64,000 bases of DNA from Phaeosaccion multiseriatum. Taxonomy: Eukaryota; Protista; Ochrophyta, other classes. The notes under the pieces were generated by a model. That model made no database searches. It saw only the letters and a program-made list of their open reading frames with translations, and was not told where the DNA came from. Location of the stretch: positions 620,001 to 684,000 of the forward strand of contig OZ218962.1 of assembly GCA_965112735.1 (NCBI GenBank), in the 5' to 3' direction. Shown piece after piece: positions 23,179-35,700 of the stretch (position 1 is its first letter; each line of letters opens with the position of its first letter). The position numbers and the translations under genes are program-made.

Positions 23179-25044
23179 ATGGCCCAGAGTAGCGGAGGAC
23201 CCCCCCCTCGAGTGAGCGGAGAGGTACGTTTATAGAAGAGAGGGCGGAGCGGAGGCAGCTACTATTGGAAGCCATTGGTATCGCCGCACTGTTTGTTGAA
23301 CCGGAGTGCATTCGAAGACTTTGGCAATCGGCGCTATTTCCCCTCTGCCGCTTCTTCTCCACTCCATCCCATTGGCTTGCAAAGGGCTCGCCCTTAAGCG
23401 GGTCGCCTCCCGAGAGCAGTGACTCACCGCCCCTCTGGTTTTACGGTCTTTTTGCCTTCCCTCGCTCTCTCCTTCCTCGGCCGACACAAGGCCACGCGCC
23501 TCTACAGGGCCATCACTGGGGGGGAAAGCATCAAGAATGTCAAGCGAGCCATCAGCGCCCTTGTCGCTGAAGAGGGGGGAAGGAAGGCTTGCCTTGATGC
23601 CGCGATTTGTGCGGACGGGTACAACCTAATGACTGTAGCGGCGTTGGGGGGTAGAGCAGACATTGTGGGGCTTCTACTGGGGGAAGGGGCATCTCCAAAC
23701 CACGAAGCGATGACTCTTCACATCGTCACACCATTGATAGGGGCTTGCGTACGTGGCCATCTGAATGTCGTGCAGATACTGATCGAGGCCGGTGCGGATT
23801 TGGACCAAACACTTGACATGGGGACGGCCTTGTGTGCAGCTTCAGACTGTGGGCACGCAGAAGTCGTCAGAGCTTTGATCGCGGGGGGCGCCAATGTGAA
23901 TCGAGCCACGAACAACGGAGCTACACCTCTGAGCTTCGCTTCACAGGGCAATTGTGAGGGGGTTGTGAGGCTGCTCCTTGCGGCCAATGCGAATGTGAAC
24001 GAGGCCGCCAACAACGGAAGTACCCCACTGGTAATGGCGTCACTGGACGGTCATGAGGAGATGGTGGAACTGCTCCTCGCGGCCAATGCCAATGTGAACC
24101 AGGCCACCAACGACGGAAGTACACCACTGATATTGGCGTCGAAGTACGGTCATGAGGAGGTGGCGAAGTTGCTTCTTGCCAGCAACGCAGATGTGAACCA
24201 ACTGAGAAACAACGGAGCTTCGCCACTTATTGTGGCTAGCGACAAAGGGCATACAGGGATAGCGAGGCGGCTACTCGCAGCTGGTGCCGAAGTGGATCCT
24301 GTGAGTGCTACGGGAGTAACACCTCTCATGGCGGCCGCGCTGCAGGGACACGCTGAGATGTTACGTGAGCTCATCTCAGCAGGGGCAGACGTGGATCGAC
24401 ATGCCGCGGATGGGAGTACTGCTCTCGTATTGGCAGCCGCTAGCGGACACGCTGAGGTGCTGCGTGAGCTCATCTCAGCAGGGGCAGACGTGGATCGACA
24501 TGGCGCAGAGGAAAGGACTGCTGTCATGGCGGCAGCGCACCGTGGATACGCTGAGGCTCTGCGTGAGCTCGTATCGGCAGGGGCTGACGTTGATCGACAT
24601 GACGAGGAGGGGACTACTGCTCTGCAGTATGCTGCGAGCGAAGGACATGGGCATGCCCTGCGCATCCTGCTCGGCGCGGGGGCTGAGGTGGATATCAAGG
24701 ATGACAGCGGAAGAACTCCCCTCCTCTTCGCAGCATACCACAATCATGAAGGGGCGATGCACGAGCTTCTCTGCGCAGGGGCGTCTGTGGGCAAGGCTCT
24801 GACTGCTGCTCGAGAGCTTGGTCTCCTGCAAGAGGTCCGTGGCCATCTTCTTATGGCAGACAAGCGATACTTCGACTCGCAAAGCCCTGCGGACATTATG
24901 CGGACGTGCGACTTGATCTTCGGCAAGGAGAGGGGCCTACCGCCGCAGGAGAGGGGAGTGTCTTCCGGCAACGTGCTGGAAGTGGCTGCAGGCATGCGCG
25001 GAGCCGACGACGATTCCAGGTGGAAGAAACTAGACACGCATTGA
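23179..25044 (+). CDS. Ankyrin-repeat protein, array copy 4 (12 ANK repeats)
   Basis: Exon 1 23179-23223|GTACGT, exon 2 23491-25044; the core is nearly identical to copy 1. Confidence 0.88.
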
Positions 25045-26637
25045 AACGGCAAGAGCAATCATGGACTCGAAATGAGCGAAAAACAGGGGAGGGTTACCTC
25101 CAGTGGCAGGAGGGTATGGGGCGGTGCCGCAGCCACAGATGCAGCAGCAGCCGCAACAGTGGTAAGGGATGCAGCAGCAGCGGCAGCAACAACTACACCA
25201 ACAACGACAGCAGGAGCTACATCAGCGTGAGCACCAGCAGCACGAACAACATGGGCAGGGGCAGGATGCGTCATATCAGGCCATGAAGAGCGGTATAGCG
25301 GCGACAGGAGCAGGGACAGGGAGCGAGTTCTCGCTTTGGACGGGCGGTAGCAGCTTTGCAGGAGGAGAAGGGGGAAGGGGGGGGGGAGGGCATCAATAGG
25401 GGGAGGGGGAGGGAGCCTCTATATGGGATGCCACCGCTGGAGAGGCCCGGAGGCATGCAGGCATGCAGAGCGAGACGGAAGGCGTGGCCGAGGAAATCGG
25501 CTGAAGCAGAGGGCTGTGTCTGAGAGAGATGCGAGGGCAGAAGCACGGGTAGCGAGGACGAACCATCATGAGCAAGCGGATTGAGGGGCGTGAGGGTGGT
25601 GACGGGAGAGCACCCAGCGTCGCGAGCTGTGAGAAGAAGGCGGTGCTCCATTTAGGGCACGGTGCCGTCGGAACGGAGTCTAGCGTGGAGCGCCGTGAGG
25701 CATCCTCCAGGAGGGAGGAGGGAGGACGAAGAGGGGGGAGGTGTATATTGGAGCTTATGAGCTCGGAGTTTGATGAGTGTAGTTGAGGGGGGCGGATCCA
25801 AAGACGGGGGGTGAAGCTCGACTGCTTTGAGGCGCACGCGCACACACACATAAGGTAGTTAGGTCAGGGACGTGACGTTGCTCTTGCGCACGGGTACAAT
25901 AGATAACACAGAATAGCAGTGTGTCATTATCATGAGAGTGCGGGTTGCGCTCTGCATTGAGCCTACAAGCGCTCCGTACTCCGTGTTGTTGAGGGTGCTG
26001 TGAGCCACCAGGGCGCCGTATAGATCGGAGTGTGAGTAGAAGTTTATTGGCACCCCCCCCCCCCCCCCCCGGGGGAATCTCTAGCTGCCAGGAGAGAAGG
26101 TAATGGTCAGAGCGAGAAAAAAAAAAAAAAAAACCCTTTTCCTCCTCCCTGTTTAAATTATAATAGACTGTGAGGCTTCCCAGTCTAGTCGTTGAGCTAC
26201 TTGCGCCACCCCCCCTCTCCATCCTCCCACTACTCCCTGTGGCCGGCTTGTTGCTGCTGGGCTTGGCGCCGCTCCCCTCCTGAAGCGCCCTTCTCACGTA
26301 AGCAAACGCCTATCGTTGGCGCCTACCGTAGTGTTTGTTTGTTGATGGAGTACTCGTGCGGGGCCTGTTGATCTGCCTTCCCCCCTACTCACCACTCGAA
26401 CGGGCCCGGGCCTCCGCCCCCACCCGCTTCAAGCAACGAGGTCACAACCTTTAACTCTATATACATAATGCAGCACGCCCCACCCCCCCTATCTTTTTCT
26501 CCTCCTTCCGTTCTCTCATCTCCCCTGTCTTTCCATTGCCTCTTGGTGGCTGCCCCTTATGTCGGCCCAGGTGTTACTACCAAAGAGCTCAATTGCGTTC
26601 CATCTTACGCTGAGGAGAAAGTCAAGACTGCAGTACC

Positions 26638-27568
26638 ATGCCGCACCTTGTTGAGAATGCCTCAAGCGACAGGTCCAAGTGCAGCAGGTGCAAGGGGAAT
26701 GTAAGTAGAGGCGGATAAAGAGGGGGGGGAGAGAGAGCAGCGTAGAGGGATGGGAGAGGAAAGTGCCCTTGCTTCAACTTTCCGTTCTTCCTTCCCCCTC
26801 CCCTGTTCTCCCTTCGCCCCTCAACCGCTCAATCGCTCTTCGCCTCCGCCACCCCCTTTGCCTGCCTCGCCTCCGGCCCAGGCCGCCCCAGGCTCCTTAC
26901 CGCTCTGAAACATGACGAACTAATCCCCCCACCCCTGATCTCTCTCTCTCACTATTTGCTGCACAACAATTCTCTTTGCCTCCTTCGTATATATAGATCG
27001 CCAAGGGGGAACTCCGCTTCACTTCCCACAAGGACGCAGATACCGGCGGGACCTCCATCTCCTCCTCCCGCCACCTCCCCTGTGTGACGTCTACTCAAAT
27101 CTCCGGGCACCGTGTAGCGGATGACCTGGATGGATTCGGTACGCCCCACAGCAGGGAAGGAGGGGACATTCTTCCTTTGATTGCCCCCCCAGATGATGAG
27201 ACTCTCCTGTTGCTTCGCTTCTTCCTAAGCTTTTGTTTCTTCCTCGCTCTCTTGCCTCTTGTAGGAGCTTGGTGTTCGCTTCTTTTTGGCCTTGTTACCT
27301 TGCTTGCTTTGCTCATGTGCCCGAATCCGTCCGACTCCTCCCTCCCTCCCTCCCTCCCTCCCTCCCTCCCTCCCTCCCTCCCTCCACCCCCCCAAGCCGA
27401 GCTGACGTCCGACGACCAGGCCATTGTGACCGCTACTTTCAACTGCATCAAGCAAGGGGGCACAAACCTTGATGAGCTCGTCCAAGCCGCAAACATTCAC
27501 CGAGTGGAGCTCTCTGCTAGCTGTGTGAGTGTGTCTGTGTGTGAGTGTGTGTGAGTGTGTGTGAGTGT

Positions 27569-27615
<47 letters not shown>

Positions 27616-28157
27616 CGTGTATGAGTGTGCGTCTATGCGCGTGTGTGTGTGCAAGAGTGTGGGTGCGTGAGAGCCATCTCCAGCGAGAGGGGTGTCCGAT
27701 CAGACAAACAGTCAGTCTATCCCTCCATCCCCCAACATGCTCCCATCAATACATCTACGGCCATCCTCCCATCCACTGCCATCCTCCAACCAGGTGGAGT
27801 ACAAGATCGAGCCCTCCCCCCGGTCCAGGAAGTGCGCCAGGAAGGACTGTGATGAGCTCATCCCCATGAACGTGCGTTGTGCTTTCTTGACGGTGGTTTC
27901 GGAGTCGTCAGTCAGCCTCTGACGTGACGTCAGTGCCCTTCATTTCCTACCGCCTGACCTTCTGCGTGCCGTGCTTCGCCTCCTCTTTTTCCCTCCACTC
28001 GCTCGTCACACAAACGGCTGCCCCTCCCCCCCTGGGCCGAGCAGTTTCCGAGTCTGGGTGTGGCCAGCAAGAGCAACAAGTCGCTGGCCTTCAAGTGGTT
28101 CCACCTCACTTGCCTCACGCCAGACATGGCCCGCATTGTGCAGGTGTGTGTGTGTGT

Positions 28158-28253
<96 letters not shown>

Positions 28254-29392
28254 GTGTATGTATGTGTGCGTGCGCGTATGGCTGCACGCATCTCACCGCC
28301 CTCCCCTGATCCACGGCCATCAACTTCCTTATCAGACGAAGCTCTTCGGACCTAGGCAAGTCACCGCCTCCTCTGCTGCCGCCGCTTCCGAGCCTGTCGT
28401 TGCTGCCGCCGCTTCCGAGCCTGTCGTTGCTGCCGCCGCTTCCGAGCCTGTCGCTGCTGCCGCTGCGACGGCATCCGAGCCTGCCGCTGCTTCCGAGCCT
28501 GCTGCTGAGCCTGCCGCTGGCTCCCCTACTCAGCCTGCCGCCGGTGCTGAGCCCACAGTCTCTGAGTCTGCCCAGGCTGTCGAGCCCGCCGCTGTCGAGC
28601 TTGTCGCTACAGAGGCTGTCGCTGCAGAGGCTGCCGCTGCCCAGCCTGCCACTCTCGAGTCTGGCGCCGCCGCTCAGCCTGCCGAGTCTCAGCCAGCTGA
28701 GGCTCCTGCTGCTCAGCCTGCAACCCAGCCTGCTGCACAGCCTGCTATCCAGCCTGCTACCCAGCCTGGTGCCCTTGCTCCAGTCGCACTCGACGACAAC
28801 GTGGTGACGAAGGGGGTGGTGCATGGAGCGCCTCCGGGCTCTGACATGCGGGGCTTGCTCGAGGAGGTGGTGGGGGTGGTGTTGGCGGAGGGGGAGGACG
28901 AGGAGGGCACGACGGCTGCGTTGGATGCACTCAAGAACAAGTGGCTCAAGACCGCCAAGGAGGAGGTGAGAGGGGAGAGAGAGTGTGTTTCGGTGCTTGC
29001 TTTCTCGCTTGCTTGATTGAAAGCAGGATTGAGACTGTGTTGTAAAGGCTCTCCAACTCACGCAGTCCCTCTCTGTCGGCGTGTGCCTCATCAATGGCGC
29101 TGCCTTACACCCTCTTCCATCACCAAATAAGGAGCAAGCGCAGGCCAGAGCGATGCAGGGGGCGGCCGCAGCGGCGGCAGCGGCAGCGGAGACAGTGACT
29201 GGGGGGGGGGAGGACACTGACACAGGCAAGGGCAAGAGCCAGAGGAAGAGAAAGAGCACGGCCAAGGCTGAGGAGCTAGCCGCGGCCAGCCCCGAGAAGA
29301 GGAAGAAGAGGAGCCCCGTTGCCAAGAAGGCCGCAGCAGAGGGGGAGGAGGTGGCTTCGGTGGCTCAGCAGGAGGACGCCCCCAAGGCCTGA
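26638..29392 (+). CDS. Protein with two PARP-type zinc fingers, an Ala/Glu/Pro-rich linker and a basic NLS-like tail
   Basis: Spliced MPHLVENASSDRSKCSRCKGN|IAKGELRF...RHLPC...DLDGF|AELTSDDQ matches the zf-PARP pattern. Second finger VEYKIEPSPRSRKCARKDC...KWFHLTC. Tail has RKRK and KRKKR. Confidence 0.75.
28375..28455 (+). repeat. Coding 27-bp tandem repeat (AAAASEPVV x3)
   Basis: GCTGCCGCCGCTTCCGAGCCTGTCGTT repeated about three times. Confidence 0.85.
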
Positions 29393-30047
29393 GCGCACTT
29401 GGCTTCAGGCTGTACATAGCGCACTTCAGGGGAGTATCGAGTAGCGGCAGCAGCGGCAGCAGCAGCAGCAGCAACAGCCCCACAAGTCGATCAAAGTTTC
29501 TATCACACAGGGTGGAAGTCAAGAGGAGAGAGAGACAAGAGTAGAATGTAGACAGAGAGAGAGTAGTTGTGTCTGAGGGGGGGAGGGGAAGGAGGAAAAC
29601 AAATTATTTCCATATACATGTATGTACGTACGAGTATCGTTCAATGACCTCCTTTCAAATAGCCCACATAGGTTTATGCTCTACCCTTAGGATCTGTCAT
29701 GCTTTATTTACCCTTTTAGGACTCCCCAGACATGCTTTGCGAGCAGGGGAATTATAGCCTCCCTCTGCCATCCCCCACTTTGCTCTCCGCCCCTGTTTGT
29801 TGCTATCTTCTGATGGGGTATCGCTACCGACGGGCCCCAAGAGGGCATGATCTTCTAAGAAGCCCCTTCGTAACCTTATTCTCACTCGTTTACTGTTTCC
29901 ATTGCTTCACATGCAGCGAGCTGTTGATGCGCTGTTGATGCTCACCTTGCCACTACAATCACTTGCACCACTCCCCATATGCTGACAAATGGCTATTACT
30001 CCGTCCATCGCTTCCTCCTCCTCGTCCCCACTCACTCCTTCTCGTCC

Positions 30048-30531
30048 TCACTCTTCTTCTTCTTCGTCCTCCTCAAGCCCCCCCTTCTCCTCCTCTGCGT
30101 CCTCCTCCCTGGTCTCGCCCTCCCCTTCCTCGTGCCCCCCTCTCCTCCTCTCCAGAGCCTTCCTCCTCCCCCACCCCCTCCTCCTGCCGCCTCGTCCCGC
30201 CACCCCATCTTCCAATACCGCTACCATCATCTCCTCCCCCATCTCCTCCTTCTCCTCTTCGTCCTCCTTCTCCTCTTCGTCCTCCTCCTCGTTCTCGCCC
30301 TCCCCTTCCTCCTGCCCTCCTTTCCTCCTCCCCAACGCCTTCCTCCCCCACCTCCTCCTCCTGCCTCCTCGTTCCCCCATCCCACCTTCCAATACCGCCA
30401 CCACCATCTCCTCCTCGATCTCGATCTCCTCCTCCTCCTCCTCCTCTTCGTCTTTCTCGTCCTCCTCCACCTCCTCGTCCTCCTCCTTACTCCTCCTCAA
30501 CCTCAGTGGTTCGTATCTCTCTTCCTCGAGC

Positions 30532-30586
<55 letters not shown>

Positions 30587-32650
30587 CCACCACCTCCTCC
30601 TCCTCATCCCTCTCTTCCTCCTCATCCACCACCTCTTCCTCCTCCTCGTCGTCGTCGTCGTCCTCCTCTTTCTGTGGCGCTACTGCTAAAGCTCCTGGCG
30701 CTGCCTGCGCCACCCTCGTGAGCGTGCCGTCATCATCGACAACGATAGAGCTTCCAATCAAGCTGCTCCCGCTGCTGCTACCCCTGCTGCTAAAACTGCT
30801 ACATATGCTGCTACCTATGCTGCTGAACACCCCCCTTTCGCTGCTGCTGCCCCTACTGGCCCTGTTGCTGCCGAGGTCCTCGCTGCTGCTGCTGTTGCTG
30901 CTGTTGCTGCTGCTGCTGCTGCTGTACACGCTGTTGCTGCGGCTTTCCCTCCTCGCTCTGCTGGTCCTCCTACTGCTGCTTCCCCTCCTGCCCCTGCTGC
31001 CATAGCCGTTGTGCCTCTTTCCGCCCCGAACCTGTCCCTTTCCCGGACCCTGATCCTGACTCTGACCCTGACCCTGACCCTGACTCGGACTCTGACCCTG
31101 GCCCTGACCCTGACCCCGACCCTGACCCTGGCATTGAGCCTGAGCCTGACCCTGAGCCTGTCTCCGCCCCTGTCCCTGACTCTGAATGGCATCTCGGTGT
31201 CCCTGCTGCTTCTCCTGCTGCTTGTTGTTCTCCTGCTGCTCCTCCTTGTTTCCATTCCCAGAAAGCAAATTCAGGAAGAACTCTTGCGGCCCTCCCACAG
31301 AGAGGCCCAGGCCCTCCAGGTGCGGTTGGAGCACCTGCAGCAGACGGATCCGAAGCTCTGCCCGCAGAGGTTGCAAGTAGGCCGCCAGCAGCTTCTCTCT
31401 CCTCCCCTTCTGGGCAGCCTTGAAGTCGTCGAAGCTGCCGTACACATCACCAGTCAGGTTGAGAGCACATGATGCCACGTGTGTGTGAGCGTCGTTACCG
31501 CAGTCCGCGAGGCAGTAGGCGCAGAAACCCGCAGCGCAGCGGCCGCACTGGAGAGCGAAGCAGTCTTCAAAGCTTACGAAGGCATACTTGCAGCGTGGGC
31601 AGGCCAGGTTGATGACCGTTTCGATGACACGGAGCGAGTGTTGACGAGCCTCTTCCTCTATGGCATCGGCCGCCGATCGTTTGGCAAAGTCTCTGTGCAT
31701 CGCCTCCAGCCTCTCCTGCACAACGAGGGGGGTCGCACGGCGAAGGAAGAGATGGCACGGGGGAGAGGGTGGGAGATAAAGCCACAAACAGGCGCCACAC
31801 AGTCCACACGAATGGCCGGCAAGAACGGCATCAATCAGACTTCGGCCCTCTCATGGACTTCTCTTATCAAACAAGCATCCTCCCCCCCTTTCCTCCTCAC
31901 CTCGTGAACAGCCTCCATGTCTTGCTCAGCCTTGCTCTTCACCCCCTCGCTCAGCGCCGTGGCGTACCCTTCTAGGCACTCGTCGCAGATGAAGTGCTCC
32001 GCGTCGCGTTGCACCCCCTCCGCTGCGAGGAAGGTCTCCCAGCAGGTGCCGCACTGGAGCTTGCGCTGCTTCACCCTGTCCTCGCCCTCCGCGGTCCTTC
32101 TGCCGAGCTCCACCAAGAGAGGGTGGGCCAGCGCCTCCGAGCAGCTCATTCTCTCCGCCGGGTCAAAGGCCAGCAGTGCAGCGAGGAAGCCAGTGAGCAA
32201 GTCCCCTCTCCTGCTGTGCGCTGCCGCCTTGTCTCTTCTCCCCCTCTCTCGCCAGCTGAGCTGCACCCCTTCTTGCAACAGCTCTTCCGCAAGCCTCCCA
32301 AAAGCGAACATGTCGACGCTTGGAGTGAGGGGGCTTCCTCGTCGTTGCCGCAGCTCTGGAGGGGCGTAGCGCAAGGTCATGTCCGTTCCCTGGATGCCCC
32401 CTAGAAACGTGGTCGAACCCACTCCCCCAGACAAGTCGTCCTCCTTGCGTAGCCCGTCAAAGTCGGACAGCACGGCGGTGCCTCGCGAGGTGAGCAGCAC
32501 GTTGGAGGGCTTGAGGTCGCAGTGCACGAGGCCGCTGGCGTGAAGGTGGTGCAGCCCGGCCAACACGTCGCTCAGTATCTGCGAGAGGCGGACGGCGAAA
32601 GGAAGCGGAGAACAGCTCAGTAGACACACACACACACGTGCGCGCGCACA

Positions 32651-32731
<81 letters not shown>

Positions 32732-35700
32732 ACACCTGCCCGCAGAAGGCCGCATTTCTGGTCGAGGCAGAGTTGGCGTCCATCCAGGCTCGGAGATCTC
32801 CTCCCTCATAGTGTGGCATCTGCAGGTAGCAGCAGCCCGCCGTGACGTCCTGGAACACAGCGCACACGCCCACGAGATTGGGGTGCCTCAGCTGGTGCAG
32901 CAGGGCAACCTGTTGGGCACGGAGTGAACGGAAGATGAGGAGGAGAGGAGAGCAGGTTCGACGTGAGTGCGTGGGGGCTCACTTCTTAGTTAAGCCTACG
33001 TCAAAGCGGTGCGTGAGAGAGAGAAAGGGAGGAGAGGGAGCGAGCGACAGGACGCACCTGTCTGTAGAAGCGGCGCATGTCCCGTTCCAGCTTCAACCTG
33101 AACCCTTTCACTACCGTCCTGCGTTGGAGAGGCACATCGTCCTGCCGCTGCTCCGTGGTGGACTCCCCTGCCTCCTCCACGAGGTAGACATGCCTTCCCA
33201 CTTGGGTGGAGAGCAGCGTCTGCTTGGCAAAGCTCTGGAGGGTCTGGCCCTCAGCCAGCAGTCCCAGGCGCCTCACCTCCATCCCGAGGGAGGAGGCGTC
33301 AATGCGCACCTCCTTGCCCCACTCGTTGCCCTCCAGCAGCAGCTCAGGGTGGTGCTCCTGCGCCAGGCGGTACAGCTTGCTCTCCTCCGCCATGATGCGC
33401 TGGCGTAGCTCCTACTTGGGGAAGGGAGCACAGCCACACAGCCGCACAGTCACACAACCAACGGGAGAGGGACAGGGATGCAGCTCAGTCATTCGCTCCT
33501 CTGCGTTCGCGGGAGGGCAGGGTCGAGCGTTTGTCGACGATGAGCCAACCCCACACGGCATAAGACGTACCTTCTGATTGATACCGGAGATGACAAGCCT
33601 CAGCCCTGCCTGCAGGCCGTCAGTGGACTCTCCCCAGCGCTTCTTCTGAGCGATGGTGAGCTTCAGCGTCTCCACCTCGTCCTGAAGGTCGTGCAGCTCC
33701 CCGCGGAGGACCTTCAGCCCGCTGTTGTCGGGAGGGTAGCACGCGCTGGACACCACCTGGAGGGCACAGGACGAGTCATCAGAGCATATCGGCACGGGGA
33801 GAGAGAGAGAGAGAGAGAAAGTTGAAACAAAAGAAAAAGTGGTAGTCACAGGACGAGAGTGAAGAAACGCCTTCTGGAAGGCGATGCTTACCTCCTGCTG
33901 CTGACCGAGCAACTCAAGGAAGGTCAGTGCCTCCATCGTCGCCAGTCTCTGGCGGTAGTGAGCGAGCAGGCCGTCCCCAGCCTCCAAGACGACTTTCAGT
34001 GGAAGGTCTTTCATCACTTCGGTGCCGCTCTCCTCGTCGTTGACCGCCGCCTGCGCCTCCGCCGCCAGTCGAATGCACCGTCGTGTGCCGCCGTCGTCCT
34101 CCTCGCTCTCTCCCACAGCTCCTGCTCCCTCCTCGACTCCGGTGCTTGTGCCTCCCAGCGACCCGAGTGCCTTCGCCAGCGCGTGCCCCAGCTCTTTACA
34201 GCGCCCGTCAGTGCTCTGCGCGAGGACAGCAAGGTCGTGCGCTGCCTCCCACTGCCTCACGGCTCGCAGCGCCTCTGTGCACAACGCCCCAAGGCCTCGA
34301 CTTCCGCCCACGCCCTCCCCCTGCCCTCCGTTCTCTTCAATCGGGATTTCGACGGCTCCTTGGAATTCCCTCAGTGATGTCACCAGACGCTCCACTTTCT
34401 CGACCTCTCTCTTCTCGGCTTCGACCTTGTCGGGCAGCCCCTCCCTGGCATTCGTCACCAGGACCTGACTCATTGCGCTGACAAAGCTCCTCCTCTCCCC
34501 GTCTCGAGCAGCGACGATCTCCTGTAAACTCTTGCCCGTGAGCCCTTTGCTGTCCACCAACACAGCCTGGGTCAGCATTGACCCCGTCCGAGCCTCCCCC
34601 GACACAGGCGGGCTCCACTTCCTCAGTACCCGCTGGTGCATCTTGAGAGAGTCCCAGTGCCCACGGGCCCGCTTTGCACCATTCACCATCCCTGCCAGAG
34701 CCTCTGTCCCGATTGTGACCCTGCCCCGCGTCCCTTCGCCTGTGGACATGGACTCAATCACCTTGAGTAGACCCCTCCAGGAGGTCGGCAGGCCGAACTG
34801 CTCTTGCACCTCTGCGCTGTGCTTGTGCTGCGAACGCTCCCTGGCGCTCGCTACCCCCGCTGTGACCGCCAGCAGTGTGCACACCCCGGAGGACAGCGAC
34901 GCTCTTTGTGCCTCCCCCAGCTGCGCCTTTAGAGACCTCACTTGAGCTCTCAGGGAGATGGAAGATGCCCTCTCCCGCTCCAGCTCGTACCAGACCTCCT
35001 CTCTCTCGCTCGGCAGCGGAAGCTCCTTTTGCCAAAGCTGTACTTTGTTTCGACGTTCCAACCTACCGGGATTGCCTGAGGAGGCCGGGCAGCACAGAGA
35101 AAACACACAGATGGCGCAGAGAAAGTGAGTCACATCACATCACACAACAGCTGCTGCGCGGACCAGGCAAGCGGGGCCTCCTCTCCCCTCTTAAGCAGCA
35201 GGGGGTTGGACTGTACGCACCCAGATATGCTCTCTCGTGTCAACTTCCACAAGACTAATCGTAAGAGAATCGTCGCTCGAGCAAGGATTTGCGGCAGCTG
35301 CTGAGGAGGCTTTATGGCCCATCTTGGGAGGGCTTACCGAGGAGGTCAGGGTTCCCGGGAGCGAAATAGGCATACGCCAATTGGGGAAGAGACCCAAGCT
35401 GCGCAGGAATGGCGCCTGTGAGCTCGTTGCCTTCCAGATTGAGAAGGAGAAGGCTCTTGAGCTCACCGAGCTCATCCGGAATGCTCCCTGAGGGGTGAGG
35501 GGGGGAGGGGGGGCGAAACCTGAGACGGGAAAGTGGGCCAAGAATCTATGCAAGCAAACTGAGCGAAATACACGGGTAAGCTCTGGATGACGCGCCGACA
35601 AGAGCGGTTACTCAAGAGCGGCTCTGGCGCGGCATGAGTGAAAGCTTCTCGTGCCCTGACCCCCTTCCTTTGGCTCGAAAAAACATACATCGTCCGTTCT

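Larger units (their letters stand above)
14651..26100 (+). repeat. Tandem segmental array, four ~2.7-3 kb units (ANK body + 3' flank + conserved spacer module)
   Basis: Near-identical coding and non-coding blocks recur; for example ~15280-15860 closely matches ~24007-24587. Confidence 0.92.

Noticed and set aside
14449-26100. Ankyrin array as a diversity-generating retroelement or CRISPR-like array
   Set aside because: No reverse transcriptase or cas genes seen, differences are not adenine-specific, and units are whole-gene duplications.
26116-26133. Poly-A as proof that the array was retrotransposed
   Set aside because: Array genes keep their intron and no target-site duplication was found.
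29963-31005. Plus-strand poly-Pro, poly-Ser, poly-Leu and poly-His ORFs
   Set aside because: Antisense shadows of the acidic tail of the kinase gene.
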